Notes: generated from the letters alone by a model not told the origin. A stretch of 64,000 nt of DNA from Octopus sinensis (GCF_006345805.1 NC_043008.1:46996001-47060000), one strand, 5' to 3'. Shown: positions 1-14,850, counted from the first letter of the stretch. Numbers and translations are program-made.

Positions 1-189
1 TTATTAAGAAAGTACATGCACATTTATATATACATGCATACATACATGTGTATATACGCCAAGAAATGAGCAGATTGGAAGGTAGGCAGATAAATAGAGA
101 GATCGATAGACAGATCGTCAGATAGAGGGATAAAATATATACATATATGATATATGTACAAGTACCTAGATACACGTTCATTTCGGTAA

Positions 190-245
190 ATACATACACA
201 CACACACATTTCATATGTATGTATGTATATATATATATATATAGA

Positions 246-281
<36 letters not shown>

Positions 282-310
282 ATATATAATATATATATAA
301 TATATATATA

Positions 311-356
<46 letters not shown>

Positions 357-461
357 TATATATATATATGTATATACATATATATATATTATATATATAT
401 ATATATATATATCTATATATATATATATACGCACATATACATATATACACACATTCATATT

Positions 462-511
<50 letters not shown>

Positions 512-641
512 GATGTATATAAATAAATATACATATGCATATATATACGCACATATGTATATTTAATCTATATATGTATATGTGTGAGTGTATAAGCATG
601 AATATATAAACATATGTGTATGTGTGTGTTTGTGTGTGTGC

Positions 642-678
<37 letters not shown>

Positions 679-706
679 AGAAAGAAGAACGAGAAAGTGA
701 GAAAGA

Positions 707-746
<40 letters not shown>

Positions 747-760
747 ATGCATGTATATAA
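190..760. repeat. Compound (TA)n/(CA)n/(GA)n microsatellite block
   Basis: Visible dinucleotide runs; the YI/IY and RE/SL ORFs here are their translations. Confidence 0.95.
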
Positions 761-1429
761 AGAAATTTATTCAGAGACAAATACTGACGTTTCTGCGCGT
801 GATAATTCATACGTATACACAAACATATATTTATATTTATTTGATAGCTATACAGATAGATATATTTAGAGACAGACAGACAGACAAATAGACATATCGA
901 TAGATATACACATACATACATACATAGATATTATATACACGCACATCTACAGAGTGTTCCATTCGGTTTCTCTATTTGTGACACACTTATTAACACATAC
1001 ACACACACACTCAACGAACATACATACGAAAACTTAAGGCCGCAAAGTCCACACAACGGGCGCCCTTCTTTAGCCAGAGTGGTGCGTTTAACTGAAGGAC
1101 TTGGTCGAGTTTTAGCGAAGTTTTTTATATATTTTTTTTAACTTGTGACCAAGCGGCTGTCACGTCGATTAATTCGCTTAATGTTATATGCCTGGAGTTT
1201 GTTTCATAGTGAATACTTAAGAAAATGTTTATATATACTAAATAAATATTGTTTTATTTTGAGGTAATTGAGACATATAAAGTACATAGAAGCCAACACA
1301 ACATCATACACACATTAGAAGTTGGAGTTCGTTCTTTATAGTCACGTATTGAAATTCATGTCTATTACGTGTCTATTAATATTGTTTATAACCAGTCAAT
1401 ATTTTCTTTCAAACACACACAGACACACA

Positions 1430-1444
1430 AACACACATATAAAT

Positions 1445-1489
<45 letters not shown>

Positions 1490-1526
1490 ACATACCTGTG
1501 TATACCTTTGATACATACATATATAT

Positions 1527-1558
<32 letters not shown>

Positions 1559-1626
1559 ATAATATATAATGGATAATAAAATGAATGGTTTGCATCTGTT
1601 AGCTTACAACGTTCATTTGCCATATC

Positions 1627-1690
<64 letters not shown>

Positions 1691-1760
1691 TGTATGTATG
1701 TGTATATATATATACACACACATGTATGTATGTGTATATATATATGCACACATACATACA

Positions 1761-1820
<60 letters not shown>
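1430..1820. repeat. Compound (TA)n array with embedded CA/GTAT units
   Basis: Visible repeat; contains a duplicated and then inverted 22-bp unit (see findings). Confidence 0.95.
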
Positions 1821-1824
<4 letters not shown>

Positions 1825-2197
1825 GGTGCTGTATGCGTGTTGTGTATTGTCACGGTGATGGTGTATGTGTGTATATAATTAAGCATAGGGAATGACTCAA
1901 ATACGGAAATGGGAAAGATATACACACTGCAAGTGAACAAGTGATGTGGAAGAAATAATGCGGAGTGGGAGAGCAACTAGACGGGTAGATTTTGTAAACA
2001 ATGTTGGAGTGTGGAGTTCACATGTTGCCCTGTAACGAGGTCTGGGGAGAGAGGTTTAAACAGCGCAAGCGAGAGATGCACAAGTTTGCGATAAAATCGG
2101 GCAGCAGCAGCGGTGGAGTTGGGGTTTTGTTGAGGGGTAAATACATGTTTAGATGATTGCGTGTGTATTGACAGAAGGCGTGTACGGTGGTCATTAC

Positions 2198-2256
<59 letters not shown>

Positions 2257-2274
2257 ATATATATTATATATATA

Positions 2275-2328
<54 letters not shown>

Positions 2329-2534
2329 ATATATATAGTTGAAACAAAAGACGAAGACAGGTGTGTAACATCAAACAGTTGTATTATTTATATATATATA
2401 TTATATATATATATATTATATATATATACACACACACACTTGTATGTACGTATGTGTTTATGTGTGTGCGTGTCTGTGTCATTGCTTTTGTGTATATACA
2501 TTCTGTTATATATGTACGCGATAAAGTATGTATG

Positions 2535-2580
<46 letters not shown>

Positions 2581-2620
2581 CACACACACATATATATATA
2601 TATATATAATATGTATATAT

Positions 2621-2652
<32 letters not shown>

Positions 2653-2790
2653 CATACTACAGATAAAGATGTGCGTGCGTATCTGCATATGCCTACATTG
2701 ACACGTGTATATGCATATAACATGTATATGTGTCTACGTGTGTATATATGTATATACATATACAGAAATATATATATATCCATATAGATA
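2198..2790. repeat. Compound (TA)n microsatellite block
   Basis: Visible dinucleotide runs. Confidence 0.9.
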
Positions 2791-3183
2791 AACGTATACA
2801 CAGTTATGCGCCACATATATGCACATACACCCACACACATGCATTTCCCCATTCAGTCGTTCATTCAGACCTAAATATCTAAAATAAAACTTTCTTACCT
2901 TTTTTGATTTTGAAATCGAAGAACAAGCTGCCGTAAAGCCACATAAACTATACCTGCTGTTCTGTTTGTTTTGATTTCTCTCACGGCGAATATCTTCTGT
3001 TTATCCAATTCGTAACAGCCAATCGCTATATCAAACACATGCGGCTTACCTTAGCGCCGGCCTCACATGTATCAAATAGTTTATTTCACCAAGCACAAAC
3101 GTTAGAGTCGGTATGAGTTGGCTGACGCCGATGTTGTTTCCCTCTGATTTCGTCTTCAAATAATTTATTCGTTACATACATAT

Positions 3184-3234
<51 letters not shown>

Positions 3235-3794
3235 TCACACAACATATACATACACAGATATGTATGTATGTATATATGTATGTACGTATCGATTATTATA
3301 GCTGTATTTTCTATTTATTGAATGTGTTTGATTAAGTTATCTATTTATTTTCTTAGATAGCTTTTCTAGTGACGGCTTTTATAGATTTTTTTTTCCTGTT
3401 GTTTGCCTCAAGTTTTCCATGGAACTCCAATGTAATTTTTTTTATGTAGTTTTTCTCTTCTGTGTTCAACGACAAATTTCTAAATAACTTTAACTCTTCC
3501 TCTTGCTTTGCCTGTATTTTATATTGTTTCAAACGACGATATAATTTCCCTGATTTCTTACAGAATAAACTAAATATTGTTTACACTTCTTCTTAATTAT
3601 TAGCTTCGGAGACCCTCACAATGGGCAACAAATAACAATATTATTAAAAATAGCAATAAAATGATATCAATGTGGATGGTGGTGGCGGTGGAGTTACTGA
3701 GGGTGGAGGTAGTGATGAATTCTATAACTGGTCACGAGGGTCCAACTTATTAAGGACAATATCAAAGTATGAATAACAATAACAAGACTGATGA

Positions 3795-3796
3795 TA

Positions 3797-3867
<71 letters not shown>
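3795..3867. repeat. (AAT)n microsatellite
   Basis: Near-perfect trinucleotide run. Confidence 0.95.
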
Positions 3868-3869
<2 letters not shown>

Positions 3870-4353
3870 TACTTGTAATTGTTTCTAGACAAACACGAAT
3901 AATTCTTATATGAAGATTTTTGATAGTGATGACTATAATAGTAAAATTGTTTGTTTATGAGGTCGTTATTTAAAAGTGGATTGTGTCTTAATAGTTATTG
4001 AATGTTTTAGTGACAAATACTAAGTCCATACAATCGAACTATGACAGGATACTGTTTAAAAAGTTAATCGATACAAAGAAATTTCTACCATTGATACAAT
4101 ATTAAGGAGAACCGAAATACACATGACACGCATCACTAACTTTCTTCTCCGTCTATGAATAATAACGCACATGCGCGCGTAGACACGATATATACATGCA
4201 CACTTTTGCACGTATGGATGCAAATATATGTGTATGTATATGCATGTGCGTATGATGCTGTTAGTGCGTTTCAGTGTGTTTCTCTACGGTGGGGGCTACA
4301 CGTTGGATGTCTTTGGTATACGTGTGTGTGTGTTTGCGTGTGTGTATGTAGCT

Positions 4354-4417
<64 letters not shown>
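4354..4417. repeat. (GATA)n microsatellite
   Basis: Perfect tetranucleotide run. Confidence 0.95.
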
Positions 4418-4418
<1 letters not shown>

Positions 4419-5059
4419 AAGAAACACATTCATACTCACAATGGATATATATGTATATGAATATATGCTTATATAGGTTTCTCTATGAGTGTGTGTGCTG
4501 TGTGTAAAAGAGTTACAATAAGATAGTGAGAGAGAGAGAGAGAGAGAGTGGAGAGAGAGAGAGACAAAGAGAGAAAGAGAATGATGTTGGTGCTGAGGAG
4601 GGATTTTCGAAAAAGAGAAATTGAATTTAATCAATATTAAAATCGATCGTTTTGATTAACAATCATATCGATTATTTTTCCCCCATGAAATAAGAAGAAA
4701 TCAGTGTGGAGATGTTGCAGTGTTCATGCCGTAACACGGACTAAAGGGAGGAATGAAAATCTTGTGAAAATAAATCATATCTGATACCTCATTGAGTTTT
4801 AATAACATTGCACGTCGTTCAACCGTTAATCACTAATTGACGGCCATACTGGGAGAAAAGATCGCAACCGCGCCAACCGTTACTAGAACATGTGACGACA
4901 GCGACTGCGGTGACGATCAGATCGATGTCATTCACTACAACACCAACACCACAACCAACACCACCCTCACTGCCGCAACAACGGGAACAACGGTAGCCCT
5001 GTACCATGAGGCAAATGATTATCTTAACAACTGACATCATAATAATAATGATAATAATG

Positions 5060-5200
5060 GTTTCAATTTCTGCCACAAGGGAAGACATTTTGCGTGGTGC
5101 GGGGGAGATAAGTCGATTACATCGACCCCAGTGTTTCATTGGTATTAATTTAAAGTCAGAGTCGACCGCGGCGGGATTTGAACTCAGAACGTAGCAACGG
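5060..5200 (-). mobile_element. tRNA-derived SINE family 1, partial copy with tail type C
   Basis: Reverse complement gives B-box-like CTGAGTTCAAATCC and GGGGTCGATGTAATCGACTT, matching the copies at 6170, 9331, 27369 and 33915. Confidence 0.75.
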
Positions 5201-5411
5201 ATAATAATAGTAATAGTAATAATAATAATAATAATAATAAATTTGTTTTTCTTGATCACAAGCGTCACACATATGGAAGACAATAGCGATGGACTAATAC
5301 AGCACATTTTCAAAAACACAACAAAACAAAAATTACAAAAACATGTAGAGTTAACATCCATCAAGGGGAGATACTACCACATTAAAAGATAACCCTAGGT
5401 AAAACATGGAT

Positions 5412-5897
5412 GTGTTGTCATGTACATGTTTTGCCTTGGTATAAAAGATGGTCGACAGCAAATATTGCGCTCAATACATTAGATCTGCTGGCCAGTTGGT
5501 TGATCCTAACCAATTGGTCACCTCATTTAGTGACTGGCAATATGTGCACTTCTGATCACGATCAGAGGTAGTGGAGAGGCATAATAGCTATGCGTCGAGA
5601 GGAATTCTTTGGGGTTTGAATAATTCACTTCTCCAAACATAGGTATTTGGTTCAACATCCTCGAACAACCCTTATTCATGGACCTTTTAAGCGGGATAGG
5701 ATCATCGACCTAAAGAAAATATTAGCTGGGCCCCACCTGCAAGGTCATGCGCTGTTTATCTTGATATGAAATCTCCATATCATTGTGATGCACATATCTG
5801 GTGTACACTTATCAGATGGGTAATCAGATGGGTATAATGGACTTCGTATGTTTGTATCCCTGTGTCACCTTGATGGCATGCGCTACTCTATCACAGA
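5412..5897 (+). mobile_element. ~490-bp interspersed repeat, copy 1 (unclassified, AAT-associated)
   Basis: Colinear with 49567-50055, e.g. GTATAAAAGATGG, ATTCTTTGGGGTTTGA, AACAACCCTTATTCA, CTGGGCCCCACCTG, AAGGTCATGCGCTGTTTATCTTGATAT. Confidence 0.85.
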
Positions 5898-5914
5898 ATG
5901 ATAATTATTATTAT

Positions 5915-6119
5915 AACATTTCTGCTATTGCCACAAGAGCTGAAATTTGTGGGTAATGGAGTAAGTCAATCACATCGACCGCAGAGTGTAAATGGCACCT
6001 ATTTAATCGACCCTGAAAGTATGAAAGGCAGAGTCAATCTCTGCAGAATTTGAACTCGGAACGTGAAGACGGACGAAATACCACTTAACATGCTAACGAT
6101 CCTGAAATCTCGCCGCCTC
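5915..6119 (-). mobile_element. SINE family 1 copy, tail type C
   Basis: Shares ATCGACCC..GAAAG..TGAAAGGCA and ATTTGAACTC-GAACGT with the other copies. Confidence 0.8.
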
Positions 6120-6123
6120 AGTG

Positions 6124-6166
<43 letters not shown>

Positions 6167-6169
6167 TAA

Positions 6170-6385
6170 TAATATTCTTTTCTACCCTAGGCACAAGGCC
6201 CGAAATTTTTGGGGCGGTGGCCGGTCGGTTAGATCGACCCCAGTACGCAACTGATTCTTAATTTATCGACGCCTAAAGGATGAAGGGCAAAGTCAACCTC
6301 AAAAGAATTTGAATTCTGAACGTGAAGACGGACGAAAAACCGCGAAGTATTTCGCCCGGCATGCTAACGCTTCTGCCATCTCGCC
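6170..6385 (-). mobile_element. SINE family 1 copy, tail type B, in tandem with the previous copy across (AAT)n
   Basis: Full head (rc GGCGAGATGGCAGAAGCGTTAGCATG), central domain and tail rc GGGCCTTGTGCCTAGGGTAGAAAAGAATATT. Confidence 0.85.
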
Positions 6386-7649
6386 AATAATAAATGTATT
6401 TTTAACAACTTAACGGTTTGCACCACAGTTCAAGAGTGGTAGTTTGTTATAGTGCGGAAATAGAAAAAGAGTGTAAAAAGGAAAATAACAGAAACAAAGA
6501 AAGGCAAGAATAACTTCAGAGAAAAGTTCCGCAATACAGAGAGAAGACCTCCTAACGCTACTTGTAGAAAGCGCTCAAATGTAGGGCCACCGTACCCAGT
6601 TAAAGAAGACCTTTTAATTGACCACTTCCGATCTAAGCAGGCCCGTTCATTCGGACCCTATCCTCCAGCTCACACCCACTTCTCAAGAAATTTGCTGGTA
6701 GAGCAGAACTTCCCCCCCACACACACACACACATTGTATGGGAAACCTGAAAAAGTTGGTGAGGGCTGGACAAAAGAGGAATTTAATTTCCTCTTTAGAC
6801 TTTTCGTTTCCATGCAGACTAATAAGAATGATTTTGTTTTCATCACCGAGAGCATGGAAGATGGAAACGAGCTTCACTCCCCCGCAGGAACCCCCACAAA
6901 AAACAAAAAAAATCGATTGATCAATTCCGATGACGATGGGCAAAGTAGAAATAAATAAATGAATAAAGAAATAAATGATGATGATCAGTCTTTAAATATT
7001 TTTCTTTTTATTTGGTTCAGCTACTGGTCTGTGTCCATGCTGGAGCACAGCCCTTGAGATGTTTAATCCAATATCAGTTGGGATTTTTAAGACTGGTCCT
7101 TATTCTATTCTCTCGAATCACGTGGTTAAGGGGACTGAAGCAAACTCGCGCCATTTGCCGAATACTGCAACTCACTCGCGCACACACGCAATCGCGCAAA
7201 CGCACGGACACGCGTGCAAACACACATACGCACTCGCACACACGCGCACATGCAAACACACACACACACACACGCGCACATACGCACACGCGCTTATACG
7301 CACACGCACATACACACACGCACACACATGCGTACACACACATACACACGTGCACACGCAGATACACACACACACACATAATGGCTGACTTATGTTACTT
7401 TTTGACAAACAATTTAACCTTAAACTGAACGATTACGAAATACTCTTTGTAGAGTACAAATTTACTATATTTAACAAGAATAGTGTTGGCAGTGACTTCG
7501 AAGTGTTGGCCAGTTACGCCATCAGCGGACAGTCCAATGTTGACTTGGCTGATCGAAACCTCCAAATCACTGTAAGTTATTCTTGTTCAAGAATTATATT
7601 TGTGTATATTTGTGTGTGTGAGCGTGCGAGCACGAGACTCTGTGTGTGT

Positions 7650-7890
<241 letters not shown>

Positions 7891-8435
7891 ATGTGGCTGA
7901 TCCCTCCCTCCACCTTTATACACCTTCTTTCATTCTTTCCTTCTCTGTGTAATTGTGTATATTTGTAAGTATATTTATAAGAGATTCCCGTATGCGGACA
8001 CGGTTTGGGAACACGTGTGCCGAAGCGTGACGTTCAAAAGTAATTTTTTTTCTTTCAGACTGACCGAAAGAAGTCAAATTGGAAAGGTTTGTTGTTCAGG
8101 TGAAATTCTACAGAAGCTAATACAATAAAAAACAAACTCGATATAAGAGCAAGAAATAAAGAAAAAAAAATGTAAAAGGATTAGAGATGCAGAGAGAAAT
8201 AAAATATGACTATTTCTAATTCTTTAGCAGAAATATAAGTTTTGTTAAGTTTATCTGCCTAACACAGATCGATAAGTCAATATATAAAGATTGAATTGTG
8301 TCGATATATTCCTTTTCTTCTATGTTTGTGTGTCAGTGTGTCTCCTGTCCGTATTCGAAACCTTTTGCGCGCGCGTTTGTGTTTGTATGTAAGTAGATGT
8401 GTACATATGTACAGATTTATATGTATGTATGCATG

Positions 8436-8479
<44 letters not shown>

Positions 8480-8636
8480 CATATTATATACGTATCTGAC
8501 TACTGTGTGTGTGTGTGTGTGTCTCCCCGACTATTAAAGATGTGAGTAATTCGCGTTCACATTATGCAAATATTATCGATATTTCCAATTATGCCATATA
8601 TTGATATTATATTTATATTGTAACAAATTTACCCGT

Positions 8637-8695
<59 letters not shown>

Positions 8696-9330
8696 ATATA
8701 TATATATGCTCGCAAAATGATATTTCGCATATGTGTGACGTGGGTCTCGTCAGTACATCGTTGCTAGGGACAACCAGATATAAAGACGTAAACAAAAGTA
8801 GATCCGACTACCAGACGAAGAAAGTAGAACCATGGCCACGAGTTGCAGCATCGCTCCTATCACTGTTGGTTCTGTGTTACGAGCGACAACGGCAGAGAGA
8901 AATAATAAGAGAGAGAGAGACAGAGACAGATAAACGCAGAGAAAAAGGTAGATGGAAATTTTAGCAGGCTTTGGAGAAAGACTGATGTAGCTCCAACTGG
9001 CTGGCTGGCTGCCTTGCATGCTGGCTGACTGTGTGTGTTATTTGTTGCTTGACTGGTCGATCGTCATAAAACACCGCTACCTATCTATCATCTGTAGAAG
9101 TTTTTACAGCTGATGCTGTTTGCTGTCGCCTGCTTCCGAACGGATCGACTGACCGAGAGAATAGACGAAAGGATGACTAACTGTGCCGTGTAATATTTAT
9201 TTAGTCGACACTAAATAAACGGAGTTTCACTGAGGCTCCTCATAGATTGCGACTACATTTCCATAGTTGGTAATATATTTATCGGCGTGTTTATACAACA
9301 ATAACAACAACAACAATAATAATAATAATA

Positions 9331-9552
9331 GCTTCCAACTTTGCCAGAAGGGCAGTAATTTTGTTTTTGAGGGTGTATGGGGATAAGCCAATTTCATCAA
9401 TCCCGTTGTTTCACTGGTACTTAATTTATCAGCCCCGAATGGATGAAAGGCAAAGTCAACTCCGGTGGAATTTGAACTCAGAACGTAGCGACGAGCGAAA
9501 TACCGCTAAACATTTCGTCCAGCGTGCTAACGATTCTGCCAGATCACCACCT
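9331..9552 (-). mobile_element. SINE family 1 copy, tail type C, flanked by (AAT)n on both sides
   Basis: GGATGAAAGGCAAAGTC, GAATTTGAACTCAGAACGTAGCGAC, GCTAACGATTCTGCCAG. Confidence 0.85.
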
Positions 9553-9554
9553 AA

Positions 9555-9642
<88 letters not shown>

Positions 9643-10719
9643 TATAATTATAATAATAATATAATAATAATAATAATAATAATTATAATAATAATAATAA
9701 TAATAATGATGATGATGATGATTTCTGTATTATCCGCAAGGGTTTACATTATGAAAAATATGGACAGCACAGGAGAAAACAAAGAATGTGTGTGTATGTG
9801 TGTCTATGTGTTGTTGAGAGTGTTTTGTATGTAAAAAAAACACTAAATTTTTTTTTTTAAATTAATGTGTGATCCTGGTTAGGGATGAGACGTTCGACGG
9901 CTGCTCATGGAAACACCCCATAAAAAACCAAGGGCCCCCTGATATTTGGGGCAGGTACCTTCTTTCCTTTGCATCTTTCGAACTACAGGCGTAGCAGGGA
10001 ATGAAAAATAAAATAGATCATTAATAATTGACGATAAACATTGATAAGGTTAAGGAAGAAAATAACAACGGGGAAGCCCCCCCCCCCCTCCTGTGGGATA
10101 TCTTTTATGGCATGCCTCCCCGTAGGGGGGGGGGCAAGCAGACAAACAACGCAGTGGAATCTGTCATATCAGAGTCCATTTAAATTATACTAGGTTTTGT
10201 CACCGAGTCTTATAATTAGACATGAGTCAATCATCCACGCCAAATTCGCCCGTTCCATCGACATTTTACAATCGATATCATCACTACCCACTCTCTCATT
10301 TTCTCTTCAAGAAATATTTACTGAACATATTGAGTGAAATAAAGGACCTCTCACTTTAACCTCTTCAATCGGCAACTCCACACATCCTTAAGGAAGAGGA
10401 TGTCTACATGTGTGTTTGGGTTATTTTTAAATAAAAGTAATCGGTCGATCTTTACAACAGACGCTACTAGTTGCCGGATCGGACGTGCATGGATGTGCGC
10501 ATTTCGCACAGAAACCAATAAATCATTTCCCCGATACTATGGCGATTGCGTGCGCGGCTGTCGTCTTCGCTGATAGACTCTGAGGAAGATCTGGTTATTT
10601 CCGGAATACAATATACCTTTATGGATATAGAATTCGTCTTGAACAGGAAAATCTTTCTTCACTTCATACATACACACAAACGTGTAGACATAAACACTCA
10701 GATATACACACACATGTTT

Positions 10720-10773
<54 letters not shown>

Positions 10774-11763
10774 ATAGATAGAAATAGATATGTATATCTA
10801 TAGATAGATATATATATACTGACAGACTAACAAACAAGCATACCGCTGGTGTGTATTTATCATTAATCTCTGACCTGACAATTTTCCACAACAACCAGCT
10901 CAAACTATTTATATGTAAACGCAATATCGTTTTCGTGTTCATTGTCGCTGATATTCCGCCAACGCTTTATAAAATGTGAGCACCGAAGTTCCGGTAGCAA
11001 CATTGTTTAAATGTGAACTGAGTACCTGGCAAAACTGTTTATTGCAAACACCAAACACCGTTCTTCATTTCAATCAGGTGTACACCAAGGTCACGTCGAA
11101 GTGTTGCTGATTCGCTCTTAGCATACAGGGACTGTTCTGCGTATGTTGTTGAGAGAATATGAAGTACCTATGCGGCGGATCCTGTGTCTTTGACAAGAAT
11201 CAAAAGAGCATACGCCGTGTGCGGTTCTGCAAATGTATGAAAAAGGAATAAAAGTGGCAGTTCTTGTTGACCATTTTCTCAAGAACATCTACTGCTGGGC
11301 CTGGTTTTAAACCTCCCTACATACGAACGTCTTGTCCACATTCTCCACTCCGCTACACTTACCGAGCTTCAAGCCTACAAACATGACCATGTAAAGCCAC
11401 AAAAGACTGTGGGTTGGCATACAGTACTAAACCAAAATACTGATGGAAAAAAGAGAAAGAAGATAGACATTGATGAAGACGATATATTCATATCTATATC
11501 TATGTGTGTGGGGGGGGTGTATGTATAGAAGGTAGAAAAGTAATACACGAGTAATACGTAGGAAAATTAAAATACGGTAGAAAATGCTAAAATAATTTTA
11601 TCATGAAGTACGTTTTAGTACCGGTTTCTGCCTTTCTAGACTTTTTCAACAAAGAGTAAAATAAGAAAAACAATTAAATTGAAGAAAAATCTACCCACAA
11701 ACTTTGTGACCCCCTGGACCACTGTTTCGTCCCTGTCACCTCTTCCGAGCCTGGCTTGGAAGT

Positions 11764-14700
11764 GGGGGTTTGTCTAAGAGGGCTATTATGAAGTTTAATG
11801 GCCCCAGAACAGTAGTTCCCTAGATGACACCACTTAGGATTCAGTTTCCTCGCCATTGGCTGCAGCTGACTGACTTCCGTCTTTAAGGAAGTCAAGCAGA
11901 CACTCGCCCAGTTTACCAGCAATGTCTTAACCTCGTAGCTTATGACTTATCATGCAATGGTCTACCTTATGAAATACTTTTGTAAAGTCAAGTTATATCA
12001 GACTGACATTTGAATGGTCAAGCAGCTGTTTCAAAACCCGGTCATAGTGATGTAGGAGCTTTGTAAGGCAGCTTCTTCTTCTTGGGCGGAAGCCATGCTG
12101 AGTATTGTTCAATAGGTCATTTTCTTGTAGGAATATTATCGACTTTTTTTTTCCGATTATTCACTCCATGACTGATTATGCAATGTGAGAGAGATTGGCC
12201 TGTAGATTGTGGCCTCTGCTCTGCTTCCACATTTGTGGATAGGGCGTATAATGCCTTCGTTCAGCATTTAAGGAAGAATATCACTTACAAGGAAACTTTG
12301 GAAAAGTATCCGAAGTGGTTTCGCTAAAGCCTGCTTACATGACTTTAGGAGAATATCTGGGAAGGCATCAGGACCAGTGGCGGAGCATGAACTCATTTCA
12401 CCTATGGTCGCTGTTACATCTGTTTCCTCAATGTTGATGTAATCAAAGGCTGGCACCCCTTTTTTTGGAACTGCAATTTCAAATAATTCAGCCGGATCTT
12501 TTATTTGCCTGTACCCACGGTGGGGGTGGGAGAAGACGCTTAAATTGTTCACTGAGTATCTCACTTTTTTGTCCTGGTTCCGATATCTGTTAGTCATTCC
12601 CTTGGAACAATGGTCCTTTCTTATATTGAATGGTGGGTGTTTTATTTGCGAATTTATAGAGAGCTTTGCGATTTGTTTTTATGCTTTCAACAGCTCTATT
12701 CTCTCTCTCTCTTTCTCTGTTCTTTCCCTTTCGTGAGAGAATTTGATCTTGTTTTCAATTTCTGGGAGCGTCCGTATTAAGACAGACTTATCTCTATCTT
12801 TCCTTTGCCTATTCAGCCGCTTTGAGATCTTTGACTTTCGTCTCATGAGGATTTAACTGTCCCTAGGAACCTTGTTTGTCAGTGTGCCAGCCCTCCTTTC
12901 TAGGATATATTTAGTGCTTATAGCTTGCACTGTTGACATAAACTGGCTGACTTTCAAATCAATGTCTGTCATACACAGTATGTTGGACCAGTTTCATTTG
13001 AGGATCTCTTTGCGGATTGATTCCCATTTTGCCTTATGGAAATTCGGGTCGGATAAGCTTTGAGTCCTCCTGATAGAGTCCATATTATTTGTGAAGCATA
13101 GGTCCAGTATGTTGTTTCCTCTGGTTGGTCTGACTATCACTTGCTCCATGAAGAGCTTATTAGTAAGTTCAAGTAATGACACTTTATGCCTTTGTTCATG
13201 CAGTGACATCCCAGGGAAGATGTGGGAGGTGGAAATCACACAGAAAGAGTATGTTGATGTTCTGATCTAGGTTTGTTAATACCTCTTCGATGTGTGTGAG
13301 GCTATCCTCAAAATATTATATTTTGTGGTATTCGGCGGACGATATATTGTGCATACAGCTACATCAATTTTCTTTATATGTATTAATTAGGTGTCGCAAA
13401 CCGAGTTTCAATGTGACAGCAACACAAGAGGTGTGACATCTTCGTGAATGCGCACAGCAACTCCACCGTGGAATCTTTCTCTTCTGTCTGTAAGAAATGC
13501 AGCACACCCTGCTGTGTGCACTTCCACGTCTAGGGTCTAGATGCATTTCAGTAACGGCTATGCAAATTGCTTGATTGCATGTAACGAGCTTTTTAGACAG
13601 AAAATTCTACCTCTGTTGCTGAGATGTAACAGACTACCAATGTTCAGTAGGAGATATGGGTGTGATATTGGGGTAGATGTTAGTGGTGGCCATCCTGGGA
13701 CTGTCACCTGGGGCGGTCTTGTTCATTGGAATGCATAGCTTTGAGTTTGCACCCTGTGCATCCATGTCAGCTGCTGTACTATCTTCTGGGCCATGTTAAA
13801 AAAGACTGTTGTTCGACAGATGCAGTTCGTACAACCTCTGCATATTGTCCTTTTGAGGGGTTTTAGAATGTATACATTTGTCTCTTTTCCTACTCTTTTG
13901 AGACGTGTTTCTTCCAGTTGCTGCTCTATTAGTCTGCAGATCTTCTGTTTGATGATTTCCCTCTATGTGTTTGCTGGGAGTTTTGTTTCATGTTTCCCTG
14001 CTTGTTGTTCTGATAAGGCTTGGGATGGGCAAAGCTGCAGCCCTCTCCCGTTTCTCCATGCCACCAGGAGCCACTTAAGTAAATTTAAATACAACCTGGA
14101 CTCTGTCGGTTTCTATCCTTATGCTTTTTCGTTTCCTCTTTTGGCGTTTGGGTTTTTGTCTTATTTATTGTCCTTCGTGTTACCTTTGGACATCAGAACA
14201 TCAGTTTTCCTGGCTGTGCCTGTTTTTTGTCTGCCTCTGTTTATCACCACAGTCCAGCTTTGACTATTCTTATTGCAGCTGTTGCTGCTGTCAGTGTTGT
14301 TTTGGGGGGCCAGTGGTGTTCACAGATTCTTTTTCAGTGCTGTTTTTTGAGGCGGGGGTTGATATGGTTGATATGTAGCATGGCAAGAATATAGGAGCGT
14401 ATGAACTCTTGCTTCTTTCGAACGATCTGTGCTATGGATTTGTGGTAACTCTAGCTTTTCAAGGCTACCCCTATTAGGTTGTTGGACAGAGAACCCTCGC
14501 TCATGCTCCAAACTTGAATAAAGAGAAGGAACTCTTCCAACTGCCAATTTCGACGCATCTTTTGTATTTTGTTAGCCTGAATCTGACTCTGCATGAATTT
14601 GCGGTTGTTGGTGTCCATCTATTGATTTTTTTATAGAATAAAGGTGGGGAAGAGAGAGAGAGAGAGAGAGAGTAATAGGGCTTTTGCAAGAAGTGATATG

Positions 14701-14850
14701 GAAGGTTGTATCGGAGTGATAAAGGAAAGTTGAATGCGAGATGGAATATGAGATAGGGAGTCTGAAAGAAGAGCTGTCATCATGTGTAGGAGAGAAATAA
14801 GGTAGTCTATAATAAAGTGGGAGAATGAGAGAAAATGGTATCATCAAGCG
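11764..14850 (-). mobile_element. Decayed CR1/L2-group (Jockey superclade) LINE: ORF1 region, AP endonuclease and N-terminal RT, broken off near RT domain 4
   Basis: ORF 12994..13239 has APE motif QVIVRPTRGNNILDLCFTNN; ORF 12268..12597 has SATGPDAFPDILLKSCKQALAKPL; manual translation downstream gives GIIRPIHKCGSR..YRPISLT, QHGFRPRRSCLT, LDFTKVFHKVDH and a degenerate SGVPQG-like motif; many stops and frameshifts. 14850-15350 may be 5' UTR. Confidence 0.85.

Noticed and set aside
24-2852. Many long YI/IY, RE/SL and CV/TH ORFs (up to 242 aa), also at 7.0-7.8, 16.0-16.5, 24, 35.8-36.2, 44.9-45.7, 50.0-50.4, 53 and 58.2-58.5 kb
   Set aside because: They are translations of stop-free microsatellites, not proteins
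3040-3170. Minus-strand AAG|GTAAGC donor in CpG-containing unique sequence as a first exon or promoter
   Set aside because: No supporting ORF or other promoter evidence
8059-8086. Candidate 28-nt plus-strand exon; similar candidates at 23172-23233 and 56561-56635
   Set aside because: Splice-like signals alone are frequent in AT-rich DNA; there is no homology or consistent frame chain, and the 56.6-kb one contains a stop
8722-8752. Minus-strand CTGACGA..GAAA as a hammerhead
   Set aside because: The short stem is not adjacent to GAAA and there is no helix III or stem I
11075-11110. SGVHQG-like RT motif
   Set aside because: The flanking translation does not continue as an RT
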